Source of the DNA: a bacterium | GTDB taxonomy: Bacteria; Patescibacteriota; Minisyncoccia; Phycocordibacterales; UBA918 | DNA length: 64,000 nucleotides | Direction of reading: 5' to 3' | NCBI GenBank assembly: GCA_043719295.1 | Contig: JAYSUD010000001.1 | Coordinates: forward strand, 28,943 to 92,942 | In this document: positions 21,801 to 29,871 of the stretch, in pieces | Numbering within the stretch: position 1 is the first letter of the stretch | How the letters are laid out: the number at the start of each line of letters is the position of its first letter | Made by a program: the position numbers and the translations under genes | The notes under the pieces: model-generated | What the model was told of the DNA's origin: nothing | Seen by the model: the letters and a program-made list of their open reading frames with translations, nothing else | The model's database searches: none

Positions 21801-24800
21801 ACATGACCTTTAACAGCGGTACCGGAGGATGGACTATCAGTGAAAACGCTACTACAACAAATAATACAACGTTGACTTCTTTGAATTCATTTACGCTTGC
21901 TTCAGGAAAGAGACTTTCTGTAGGGGCAGTCTTTACTAACAGTGTTGGAGGTGGAGCTACCACTTGGACAGGAAGTACTTTGTCACTTGAAGCTGGTGAT
22001 TATAGTCTTAACGCAAAAGCAAATACCGGGGATGCCTACAATATCTTACGGATAGATTCAAATACTGATATTAAGATGTGGAACTCGTCTGCAACAACCT
22101 ATACGGTTGATGCTACTGGATCACTCTATTCTCAAGACCATGCTACTTCTGATGGGGATTTATACATTTTTGGTAACTACCCGCGAAGTAGCGGTACAGA
22201 GTACTGGAGTGGAGCGTATGATTTTGACGGAACAGCACTTGGAGGAAGTAGTCGGCAAGTTGATGTTCGTTTTGCATCGGGAGCTTCTGCGTCATTTACT
22301 AATAGTATTGTGAACATTCAAGGAAGTAGTACTGCGACCACCACCATCGCCAATCAAGGGAGCGGTAATTACACCGTTTCAATGTACGGTGGAACCACAA
22401 CAGCACGATACTACAGCTTTGCTAATTTAGGGGTAACTGGTGTATCACTTGGAGGTCCAAATAATGTCACCTCACTTGCAAATGGAGTCTTTAATGCGGG
22501 TGTTGGAGGGGGAACTGGGTTAACCATTTCATCAACAACTATTGATACAAATCCTGGATTACAAATTTACAATGTTTCATTTGGCACAAGTTCACCTGTT
22601 GTTGCTAACAACGTTAAACAGATTGATGCTGCGCCAGTATCGTACTGGTGGTTTAGAAGTTCTGCAGGGACGCTTGATGGTGAAGCATTCGACCTTGATA
22701 CGGGGGATCCTGGTTCTATTCGTTGGGACAATAGTTCGTTATCGTTTACTATTTCTGGAACAGTGTATAGTGACGATGGAGTAACTCCGCTTGCCGGAGG
22801 AACTTGTAACGGAGTTACAACACCAGTGCGTGTTGTTGTTGATGGTCTGACTTCGTACACCGGTACCTGTAGTGCGCTTAATGGATCGTTTAGTATTCCG
22901 GGAGTGGTTGCTGTTGGAGACCCTACTATTACGGTTTACCTTGATGGTGCCTCAGGAGGACAGCGTGCGGTTACCGTTTCAAAAACACCAACAACCGATA
23001 TTGCGAATTTTAATCTGTATGTAAATCGAGTCATAACTCGTCATGAGGATACTGCACCGATGACCATAGAAGACATGGCGGTCTATGACAGTACAAACGA
23101 TAGCGATATCAAGTTTACTGCTGCAACCGGAAGCCCACATACGCTCCTTGTTTTTGCTGATACTGAACTTTTTATTCACGCATCTACCACATTTACTCCA
23201 GGCGGAACAGTTACTTTGCAGTCCGGAGGTACGTTAAATTCTTATGACGGGTCACTCCATATTGATAACGGTGCAACATTTGTAAGCTCTGCTAGTGCAA
23301 CAACTACTGTGGGTGGTAATTTTGTACTTGATACCAATGCAACCTTTACACATGCATCGGGTACGGTAGTCATGACAGCGACAACTACCGGCAAAGCAAT
23401 TGTTGTAGCAGGAGGTGAAACTGCAACTTTTAATCTTCTTCGATTTACCGGAAGTGGAGGTGCGTGGAATCTAAATGGAAATATGATTGCAGGTAACGCT
23501 ATTGAACTTAAAACAGGGACACTTACGGGTACTGGAAATATCCTAATTCCTAATGGGTCACTCTATGGAAACGGTCTCTTGTCACTTGGTAGTGGTACCA
23601 CAACAATCGAGCGTACCAATACGCTTGGGGGTACACAGGCATGGACTTTTGCAAACCTTGTCTTAGGAAATGGTGTAACTGTTGGAACAACAACCCCAGG
23701 AAGCACAGCCACAACAACAATAGGAGGGAAACTTACACTTCAAACAGGACACTATCTTGATGCGGGTTCTTCACGTTTTAACTTTACTGGTTCGGGAAAT
23801 GTGTTTGTAGAGAATGGAAACTTCTTACAAGACAGTAGTTCCGTCCGATATAGTGGCGTAAGTGCAACAAACATTCTCTCAACAAGTTATTACAACCTAG
23901 AACTTATTGCAGGGGGAGGCACTCCAACCTACACCACCGTTGGTACGGGTATTTTAGTTGGAAACAATCTAACTGTAGGTGGTCCAAACACAACAACAGT
24001 AAACGTAACTTCCAACGACACACCACTTGATGTAAATGGAAATGTAACCATTGCTTCAAACGGTACTTTTATTGCAAGTAACTCTGGACTTTTGAATGTT
24101 GGAGGTAGTTGGGATAATAATGGAACCTTCACGCACAGTAGCGGAAGCATTACGTTTGATGGGGGAGGTTCGCCAGTAATTGACGCAGGAACGTCATGGT
24201 TTAATAATGTAACCATAAACAGTACTGGTTCATTTACGATATCTCCACACGCTACTTCTTCGGGAGCTTTCTCACTTACTGCTGCGACTTCCTTTACGCT
24301 AGGTAGCGGTCAAGTTCTTGCAGTTGGGGGCACATTCACTAACAGTGTAGGAGGAGCTGCTACTGTTTGGACAGGAAGTACACTTCGACTTTATAGCGGA
24401 ACAAACTTCCAAATGAATGCAAAGACGATCTCTGATGCATACAATATCCTTTCTATTGGTTCTAATACTGATGTGCGTATGTGGAACTCGTCTGCAACAA
24501 CATATACCGTTTCAGCATCAGGTTCACTCTACTCACAAGATCATAATGATGTCGCCGGAGATGTGTATGTCTATGGAAATTATGTTGGTAATGGTGCAAC
24601 CGATCATTGGAGTTACGCAACAGATTTTGATGGAGTAGCGCTCGGCGGTAGTAGTCGACAAGTTGATGTCCGCTTCATAAGTGGAGCAAGTATGGAACTT
24701 ACTTCAGGTGGATTAAGTGTACGGGGGATCATATCTGCATCAACTTCAATTCAAAATCAAGGAAGTGGTACCTACGGTATACGTATTGGAGGTACAGCCT

Positions 24801-27800
24801 CTACTTCATGGTCATACTACGACGTTGAAGATATGAGTAGTGTAGGATTAACCTTTAGTGGTACTTCACAGGTAATCACGCTTTCCCACGGTGACTTCGA
24901 AGTGTCGCAGGCAGGTGGTTCAGCAATTACCGTTGGCGGGTCTGTTATAAATACAAACACTGCAAAGACGTTCACCTTTAATACCTTCTCGACAACAACA
25001 GGCATAACTGCATTTAACGTAACGGCTACAGGAACTGCAATCAGTTCTTGGAGATTTACAAATCACACAGGGAATATTGATGGTGAAGCGCGTGATGTTG
25101 ATCCAGATGGTGACCCTGGATACCTTGTGTGGGACGACTCTGCTGCTTCAGTAACTATTTCTGGAAATGTATATAGTGATGAAGGGGTGACTGTTTCAGG
25201 AGTTTGTGATGGGGTTACAAACAACGTGCATCTTCGTATTGCAGGATTAACAAGTTATACAACAACCTGTAACGTAGGTACAGGATTCTATTCAATTCCA
25301 GGAATTGTATTTAGTCCGGGGGATTCGTTGATTGTCTATATTGACGGAGAGACTGAAAAAGCTGCCACAATTACAGAAGATATTTTCTCAAGTATTGGTA
25401 ATTTACACCTCTATGAAAACAGAGTAATTGTTCGTCATGAAGATACAGATTCACTGAGTATTGCTGACATGGCAGTATGGGATAGTACCGATGATGCTGA
25501 CATACCATTTACCGCAGTTGATGCAGGTACGGACACGTTGACGTTACCTGCAAATAGAAAACTTATTGTGTGGGCATCAAAAGAATTTGAACCAAATGGA
25601 AATGTAACACTCTCAGGCGGGGGTGGCGGAGCAGCATATGACGGTACACTTGAAGCCCAAACAAATGCGATTGTGACATTTGCAGGGTCGCAAACACATA
25701 GCATTGGTGGTTCGTTTATCTTAGGAAGTGGTTCAACATTTGACGCAGGGCTATCAACAACTACATTCACCACTTCGGGTGCTTCTCGCACCATTGATAT
25801 CAATAATGAAGGATTTTATAATGTTGCATTTACTGGAAGCGGTAGCTGGGTTGTAACTGACAGTATTCTTGATGTTAATACACTGATTATGGCATCGGGC
25901 GCGTTAACCTTGCCTACAGGAACAACAACGGTCGCGAGTTCGTGGATTGTCAACGGAGGCTCATTTGGAGTTAATGGAAGCACTCTTGTGTTTACGGCAA
26001 CGGCAAGTGGTAAGGTAGTCAAAGCAAATGGATCAAATTTTGAAGAATTGATTTTCAATGGAATAGGTGGCAGTTGGAGCATGACTGATGTTAATGCAAC
26101 CTCAACTGGTTCAGTTACGGTGCGCAAAGGAACAGTATCCTTGCCTTCGGGAATCTTTGCAGTAGGTGGTAACTTGAGAAATGAAGGTGGAGCACTAACC
26201 CACAATACGTCAGAAATCGTACTTACAAATGCTACCTCCGCAACACTTCTTGCTTCAAGTTCTGATCTCTACGGTGTTACCTTTAAAGGAGCAGGAAGCT
26301 TTACCTTAAGTGATGCAAGTTTGGCAGTTTTAGATGACTTTAGAATATTGCAAGGGTCAGTTATCCTCTCCTCAACAACACTTGCAGTTGGTGGATCATG
26401 GACAACAACCGCGGGTACATTTGCTCATGCATCAGGTACTGTGTTCTTTAATTCAACTGATGTGGGTGAAACGATAAATCCGGGAAGTAGTTTGTTCTAT
26501 AACGTGAACATTGGTAACGCAACGGGAGGATGGACCATAAGTGCTTCTGCAACAACAACTCGAAATTTCACTATCAGTAATGCTGCGTCGTTTACTCAAA
26601 CAAGTGGCACGAGACTCTCTGTAGGAAATGTGTTTACCAATAGTGTTGGAGGTTCTGCGACCACATGGACTGGAAGCACGCTTGCGTTGTTGTCACAAAG
26701 TGAATATGCGATAAACTCAAAAACGTTAGGAGGTGATAATTATCAGACGCTTATTGTGGGAGCAAATACCGATATCAGTAGTTGGAATTCTAAAGCAACA
26801 ACTACCTCAGTGTCAGCTTCAGGTTCACTCTATTCACAAGATCACGGTGCTTCAAACGGTGCACTTTCAATCTTTGGAGACTATCATATTGGTACTTCAA
26901 CTAAGTATTGGAGTTATGCAACAGACTTTGATGGAACCGCGCTCGGTGGATCACCACGTTTAGTAACGGTCTCTATTGTAAACGGTGCAACAACTACACT
27001 TGGAAGTGGTGCGCTTTCAATTGTAGGAGTAAGTGGGAATGAGACACTAATAACTAATCAAGGAAGTGGCACCTATGACTTTAATGTAACGGGAGGTACG
27101 TTTAATGCTCAGTACTATAAGTTTAGAAATCTAAACAGTCAGGGACTTACATTTTCAGGTAGCCCAAGTATCACCTCACTTTCATATGGAGACTTTGAGC
27201 TTGCGGTTAACGGAGGAAGTCTCATAAAACTCTCGTCAACAACACTTAACGCAAATGCCTCGATGCTCCACACTGGTAATCGGTTTGCGACAACTACTGC
27301 AATTACCGGTTCGAACGTTACGCTATTAGGTACTACAAGTAACGCATGGACATTTATTACCCATACGGGAAATCTTGATGGAGAAGCATACGATAGCGAT
27401 GGTATTGACGCCTGTGGATCAATTCGTTGGAGTGATAGTTCGTGTCTTCTTACACAACAAACTCACTATCGATTCAGAAACGATGATGGTCTTGTGGGTG
27501 TACCAAATACAGAATGGTTTAATGGAAATTGGAACGCGCGAAAGTCCGTTCGAGTAGAGAATCTTGACGCAACATCCTACACCAACGCAGTAGTAAAACT
27601 TGAAGTAGCATACGACAGTGACATGCAAGTTGACTTTGAAGACATCCGCTTTACCGACAGTAGTGGTACTACAACACTTAATCACTTTATTGAACGGTAT
27701 ACTGCAAGTACCGATGCTGATGTGTGGGTTGAAGTCCCGTCACTTGGTGCATCAGAAACAGAAACTATCTTCATGTACTACAACAACGCAACAGCTTCTT

Positions 27801-29725
27801 CAACAAGCTCAAGTACAGAAACATTTATAGCAGCAGACGACTTTGAAGATGGAAATAAAACTGAATACAGTGGGGACACGACACTGTTTGCTGTTGACGG
27901 AACATTTGCGTATGGTGGATCATACGGACTTGATGCAACCGGTAACGAAAATAGTCGAGCTACAGATGGTATAGCACGATTTGATCAGACGGTAAGCCAA
28001 GGACAAATTATTCGGTATATGCAATATGTTGATGTTGCAGCAAGTGGTGATGATGTTTGTACGTTGTTTGGAGTACAGTCACCAGTAACGAGTAATCAGA
28101 ACTACGCACTTTGCCTGACGCGTTATGTATCTAATAAAATTACACTCGCTGAAAATGTCTCTGATATTGGTTCTTCTGGAACAGTACTTTCATCTTCAAG
28201 CGCTGCCTTTATTGGAACTGCGGCATGGTATGAAGTTGAAATAGACTGGAATGGAAGTTTGATTTCTGTTGAAGTGTCTCAAGATGGCAGCCTCATTGCA
28301 ACTACTTCTGCCACAGATAGCTCTTATACTTCTGGAGGCATTGGATTTACCTACTGGTTCCAGCACGGTGGATGGGATAACTACACGTCACGTGCACGAG
28401 TTAATACCGAACCCGTTATCCGTTTTGGTGGAGAACAGGTAGATGGTGGTGCGTCGTGGAAAGCACTACTTGATACTCCTGCCTCATTTATTGCAGGAGA
28501 TAAAGCTCGTCTTCGATTTGCAATTGAAAACACAGGACTTCAAATTACAAATCAAACTTATGACCTTGAGTATGCAGAAAAAGGAGCAGCTCCAAGTTGT
28601 GAATCAGTAAGTAGTCCAAGTTATACGGCTGTTCCGGTAGCAGCGTCATGTGGATCTTCACCAATTTGTATGACAACGTCAACAAATGTATCCAATGGTG
28701 TTTCAATCGCTGACTTACTCTTTGGACCAATTATTAACTTTATTTTAGGTGAACAAGTTGAAGACCCAAGTTACACAACTGATGCATTAACACTCAATCA
28801 AGACGAATACACTGAACTTGAGTATGTGTTTACTCCAACAGTTAATGCAACCGAACCAGCGTACTGTTTACGAGTAACCGATGCAACAGATCCTTTGGAC
28901 ACCTATCTAAAAGTAGCGGAAATGCAGCTACAATTTGATCCTACTGTGACGAATGTATCAATTAATGAAGGACTTCCAATTTCATTGCTTCCGGGCACAA
29001 CTACACGAGTGTTTGCAACAGGTACCGTAACCGATCTTAACGGTCCAAGTGACTTCAATGGTGCAACATCGACCATCTATCGAAGTGGTGTTGCAGGTGG
29101 TGCTTCATGTACAGAAAATAATAACAACTGTTACATATCACAATGTTCAATTGGTGGCTGTATAGGAAATAGTTGTACTGCAACCTGTTATGCAGACGTC
29201 TATTACCATGCCGATGCAACAGACTCGACGTTTGTTGGAGAAAACTGGCTTGCCTCAATAGAGGTGCGTGATCAAAATGGTGTCATTGATATTGGCAGTG
29301 TCCCTGCAGGACAAGAACTCCTATCGTTACGTGCGCTTGATCTGGTGACCAATAGTATCGGATATGGGTCTCTTGCTTCCGGTTCAACTACAGGAGCCTT
29401 TAACCCAACAACTACCGTACGTAGTTTAGGTAACGTTCCAATTGATATTAGTTTGCAAGGTACAGACTTAACTGACGGCTTGTCTTCAACCATCCCGGTA
29501 TACGAACAATTGTTTGCATCAACAACCTTTACCTATACTGGTTGCCCTTCATGTAGCGTATTGTCTTCAACGACACCAGTTTCGCTTGAGCTTGATCTAA
29601 TAAAACCCACCTCAACGTCAACCGCAATAACCGATGTTGTCTATTGGGGAATTGAGATACCCCCAGTTGGTATTGCCGGAAATCCGCACTCAGGTACTAA
29701 CATCTTTTATGCGGTTGCAGACTAA
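12839..29725 (+). CDS. Giant (about 5600 aa) secreted or membrane-anchored adhesin-like protein
   Basis: One uninterrupted ORF (alternative start ATG 12995 has an AGGAG RBS). Contains an N-terminal hydrophobic segment, acidic Pro/Glu linkers, 3 tail-collar/HxH modules, 2 FN3-like YYWRVRA domains, a Trp-rich propeller-like region, long beta-helix-like GGxFTNSGGTFTHNxGTV repeats, a DUF2341-like domain, and a C-terminal domain shared with 34647-36500. Confidence 0.85.
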   Translation: MRFFSKKRGENTIISIFKALYFTVCAFVASFSTKLVPRRIFVTYNSILRRLKMSIITALILVGIGGVGVHYTFSNIYASDHKGSIKSTLLVYPSTVLDSTWGGVTDALTSDLDEESMYQDFSARNSAYILLTSDDSTQPSNANTQSQNQVVPQPDEKTDDAPLIPSDETQSSVLESDVVPDAPALETETESVSEPVTLKKATASVFTFLETVTRLFPFAQETVQEPVSEQESDSEASLENIPQAEVVETLKPTVVEVQTVEELPVPLENSTVSTTSPSITLPMLAPVTNETKEVNVQQQNSVQHSITLSDFSIPDLKTGEFITNVQLRMSLGAKYKDQDSEVKPEISISYKTPSSTSDVGTIILEDEVSNALNGGYFLFALPEILTASELRDIHITVTYKGDIKKLDGVFLDAVWLEIDVESIDKEALEEQVLIDTQIKQDEPLLHTMISEQVDFTRSELPKFSLKYNAQRNIAVRFFRDLFGRDLATIEDVSFVHSDAGDIGATPKIDMTSEGLLTIQFEENDMRRLKPGEYTVELEVNEGGVSYTDSFSFQWGLLSLNSNKSVYTPNETATISLGSLSLNGNTVCDANLRLYIIDGANGVSKSEVTPSGLCNGNNVIDIADYSATFIPTTVGIHEMYLERIDVDGTIMSHTSDTFDVREVVPLSIERNGPSRIYPRATYPMELIVDGKSPWVGTLVEVVPSDFVISETDAIVTKRGDFQELTWDISVDVDAPQTVSYTFDAPDISPFLYTVGKAKLVGIQPEPQVIDDAQVEVLVPSEVEPLSPVTVPDDTVIDVIDATDTPIAVEPIESVPETIATSSTESSLEEKDMQPVEEEKTLLEKIIDFIPFIGNDETPASSEVVEPVSELQVSTPELQEPTPMDQVVASEIDALTPSSAVETEVIASSTILMSEAVTVEAMGGETVFEEHRQWQIASDATGSMIAYWTSGASVPSGWTCLSCGSGTFYQKFVRGGATYNQTGGAATHTHNASGTVNASAVANSENRAGVNVALNSHSHTYTPTITASTTLPAYRNLRVIQNNSAGEPATVPAGVVMLFDGTLPSGWVQYAALTNRYPRGENTIASLGTSTHRHTISGSTLAASGSTVDGRAGGTQVSASANTHTHTVSSNTGFVNHEPPYVSVIFATSTTATNTPTGAVTMWTDTPPAQWQNASAQASDPFFDKFIKGSATYGTTGGTETHTHSSVNGITSSAAVGTQNARTGATGANTTHTHAVDVSSFTTTNHLPPYITAIFGRKYGPVPLYTQSGFKFYVNTNASTPTDAWPVGGDALLENEPIDAASVPVKNADVVRIRTQLSVSNSTSTAESFKLQFASTTALCTDATTWTDVGNATSSALWRGYNNAGVSDGATLSSSTISGTDVYGTYEEINPTVTMPNTVGIARQGEWDFVVQQNAALEGTTYCFRMVKSNGTPLFAYAQYPSVVTNEAPNAPSLSKLFDNEKTATTTPDFEFSASDNESNDLTYQIQIDDDALFGSVTVDRNSVTNSAQFENLATPADKDPFTQGELIRFNNTTGLTNGTTYYWRVRASDPTGSNTQGSWSTVRSFTVDTALTFSTWFQTTDEQFDTNTLNGVDGVTDQAQLRVGSTTGTMYSDPVTFSEGLVGTAWGSFAFNDTETSSDLKYTIQYNNGGTWTDIPDSVLSGNVAGFDTSPVSLLGVNKTVYSELRIEANFVNSGASPSLQNWSVTWAYLIETPTINAPFGNEKVATTTPTFEFTTTDPQNDSLQYQIQWSTTYAFTASTTRNSNVNAGFSNATNGGDTDPFNSGDTIRFKIQAGDALTNGTTYWWRVRARDPLGSNTYSFFADPRSLTVDTTVTVSTWFQTTRSQFGNNTLSNTYARGTDVITVATTTQTSLIAYAEGTVTTPRYRTWDGSVWSIESSALDVGATINWTVTKASPTESEYILATMGTDADVNVQVFKNGAWGNLQEVTASISNTTMRGFDVGYEQSSGDAMVVTCDGDANPTYWMWNGSAWSNEGAIGLSAGNTCGWIKLISDPTSDEIIAITRDTTGTGYESRVWSGTAWGNSATWGSMSQTNHEGIAAAYEDSGGQAVVAVSNGTGSSFSWRAWTGASWGAAAAAVTIGDDFESGSMVQDDGTDNLGLCYIDEDGDIGVMRWTGAAWNTFVAASDEIETTWTTASGLYNDQPIDCAYEVGGVRDGYLTAVYSDRTNTRYRSFTGTLPWVAEASVSTLGVGPRVQLRRTGANRVQAMLYATSTDSYNYADWNGTTWSSPLQTLENNGSVGATPFKVPFMIDPSNPSIAGTVVGTPIASFYEGSGPYWQQMSWADTTTGGSDILYQVEYYDGDSWELIPNGLIPGNSTGTTTSPINLTNVLPAATYDEIRPVANMTCNVGTCPSLSDWTITWAAGITISGTADAYDQTTDVTSGTVAVALNGTVQIGKTGTISGGTWSIANVNAAPGDVVSVFVTGAATTSEAVVVTKYDGVGNMSGLNLYQRHLTIGSDDLATITNANLGLYDFTNTEDVFYDVNVGNDLSICTTLTGCTDAEVFIKARNIYQPGSGGDVATHDLENNGTLRLNGNTMRLTGSWDNNATSTLATSTVWFTATGTSETLDETGAISPSFNTLTIGFSTSTATWTLGSALDVNGNLNVNGGTFARNTRAITLAGNLVSALNGVWTGVGTTTFDGSTASNWTDASVALQNIGRVVIDGTTKTVTLGDDAKAQSITIGSDDTFDASSSHFDVTVFRNWINNNTFNARNGTVFFGATTTGRIITAGGDNFYDMTFNGVGGSWSFTENTLGVTNDFGITAAGTVTLPTATTTIAGSFTNSGGTFVHNNGQLYFTAVSAKTLTLGGTAFTNAFYNARFTGSGSWSFTESNATTSNLFRITQGNVTLPSGTLTVGDTFTNSAGTFTHNSGTVKFISAATEVIDTNSSFNSLRFTGSGSFSFLDANVTQLGSLTVTGGTVTLPSGTLTLGGSITNSATLTHNNGTVLLNSTDTGETINLGNSSLYNMTFNSGTGGWTISENATTTNNTTLTSLNSFTLASGKRLSVGAVFTNSVGGGATTWTGSTLSLEAGDYSLNAKANTGDAYNILRIDSNTDIKMWNSSATTYTVDATGSLYSQDHATSDGDLYIFGNYPRSSGTEYWSGAYDFDGTALGGSSRQVDVRFASGASASFTNSIVNIQGSSTATTTIANQGSGNYTVSMYGGTTTARYYSFANLGVTGVSLGGPNNVTSLANGVFNAGVGGGTGLTISSTTIDTNPGLQIYNVSFGTSSPVVANNVKQIDAAPVSYWWFRSSAGTLDGEAFDLDTGDPGSIRWDNSSLSFTISGTVYSDDGVTPLAGGTCNGVTTPVRVVVDGLTSYTGTCSALNGSFSIPGVVAVGDPTITVYLDGASGGQRAVTVSKTPTTDIANFNLYVNRVITRHEDTAPMTIEDMAVYDSTNDSDIKFTAATGSPHTLLVFADTELFIHASTTFTPGGTVTLQSGGTLNSYDGSLHIDNGATFVSSASATTTVGGNFVLDTNATFTHASGTVVMTATTTGKAIVVAGGETATFNLLRFTGSGGAWNLNGNMIAGNAIELKTGTLTGTGNILIPNGSLYGNGLLSLGSGTTTIERTNTLGGTQAWTFANLVLGNGVTVGTTTPGSTATTTIGGKLTLQTGHYLDAGSSRFNFTGSGNVFVENGNFLQDSSSVRYSGVSATNILSTSYYNLELIAGGGTPTYTTVGTGILVGNNLTVGGPNTTTVNVTSNDTPLDVNGNVTIASNGTFIASNSGLLNVGGSWDNNGTFTHSSGSITFDGGGSPVIDAGTSWFNNVTINSTGSFTISPHATSSGAFSLTAATSFTLGSGQVLAVGGTFTNSVGGAATVWTGSTLRLYSGTNFQMNAKTISDAYNILSIGSNTDVRMWNSSATTYTVSASGSLYSQDHNDVAGDVYVYGNYVGNGATDHWSYATDFDGVALGGSSRQVDVRFISGASMELTSGGLSVRGIISASTSIQNQGSGTYGIRIGGTASTSWSYYDVEDMSSVGLTFSGTSQVITLSHGDFEVSQAGGSAITVGGSVINTNTAKTFTFNTFSTTTGITAFNVTATGTAISSWRFTNHTGNIDGEARDVDPDGDPGYLVWDDSAASVTISGNVYSDEGVTVSGVCDGVTNNVHLRIAGLTSYTTTCNVGTGFYSIPGIVFSPGDSLIVYIDGETEKAATITEDIFSSIGNLHLYENRVIVRHEDTDSLSIADMAVWDSTDDADIPFTAVDAGTDTLTLPANRKLIVWASKEFEPNGNVTLSGGGGGAAYDGTLEAQTNAIVTFAGSQTHSIGGSFILGSGSTFDAGLSTTTFTTSGASRTIDINNEGFYNVAFTGSGSWVVTDSILDVNTLIMASGALTLPTGTTTVASSWIVNGGSFGVNGSTLVFTATASGKVVKANGSNFEELIFNGIGGSWSMTDVNATSTGSVTVRKGTVSLPSGIFAVGGNLRNEGGALTHNTSEIVLTNATSATLLASSSDLYGVTFKGAGSFTLSDASLAVLDDFRILQGSVILSSTTLAVGGSWTTTAGTFAHASGTVFFNSTDVGETINPGSSLFYNVNIGNATGGWTISASATTTRNFTISNAASFTQTSGTRLSVGNVFTNSVGGSATTWTGSTLALLSQSEYAINSKTLGGDNYQTLIVGANTDISSWNSKATTTSVSASGSLYSQDHGASNGALSIFGDYHIGTSTKYWSYATDFDGTALGGSPRLVTVSIVNGATTTLGSGALSIVGVSGNETLITNQGSGTYDFNVTGGTFNAQYYKFRNLNSQGLTFSGSPSITSLSYGDFELAVNGGSLIKLSSTTLNANASMLHTGNRFATTTAITGSNVTLLGTTSNAWTFITHTGNLDGEAYDSDGIDACGSIRWSDSSCLLTQQTHYRFRNDDGLVGVPNTEWFNGNWNARKSVRVENLDATSYTNAVVKLEVAYDSDMQVDFEDIRFTDSSGTTTLNHFIERYTASTDADVWVEVPSLGASETETIFMYYNNATASSTSSSTETFIAADDFEDGNKTEYSGDTTLFAVDGTFAYGGSYGLDATGNENSRATDGIARFDQTVSQGQIIRYMQYVDVAASGDDVCTLFGVQSPVTSNQNYALCLTRYVSNKITLAENVSDIGSSGTVLSSSSAAFIGTAAWYEVEIDWNGSLISVEVSQDGSLIATTSATDSSYTSGGIGFTYWFQHGGWDNYTSRARVNTEPVIRFGGEQVDGGASWKALLDTPASFIAGDKARLRFAIENTGLQITNQTYDLEYAEKGAAPSCESVSSPSYTAVPVAASCGSSPICMTTSTNVSNGVSIADLLFGPIINFILGEQVEDPSYTTDALTLNQDEYTELEYVFTPTVNATEPAYCLRVTDATDPLDTYLKVAEMQLQFDPTVTNVSINEGLPISLLPGTTTRVFATGTVTDLNGPSDFNGATSTIYRSGVAGGASCTENNNNCYISQCSIGGCIGNSCTATCYADVYYHADATDSTFVGENWLASIEVRDQNGVIDIGSVPAGQELLSLRALDLVTNSIGYGSLASGSTTGAFNPTTTVRSLGNVPIDISLQGTDLTDGLSSTIPVYEQLFASTTFTYTGCPSCSVLSSTTPVSLELDLIKPTSTSTAITDVVYWGIEIPPVGIAGNPHSGTNIFYAVAD

Positions 29726-29741
29726 TTGAGATGATATGATA

Positions 29742-29864
29742 AGGACTTACGCAAACGAGTGCAATTCGAGGCGTACAAGTAAAATGTGACGAGGTGTACG
29801 GTATAGTACATAGAGGAATATTTTGCGCAGTACAACGAAGAAGTGTGCCGTTTGCGGAAGTCCT
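29742..29864 (-). repeat. Family A nested-hairpin element
   Basis: Reverse complement closely matches the core of 46899-47014 but has a different outer IR (AGGACTT.CGCAAACG). Confidence 0.8.
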
Positions 29865-29871
29865 AAAAAAT

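Noticed and set aside
13455-29493. Numerous short antisense and alternate-frame ORFs within the giant and other genes
   Set aside because: Shadow ORFs of Thr/Gly/Ser-rich coding sequence with no recognisable motifs.
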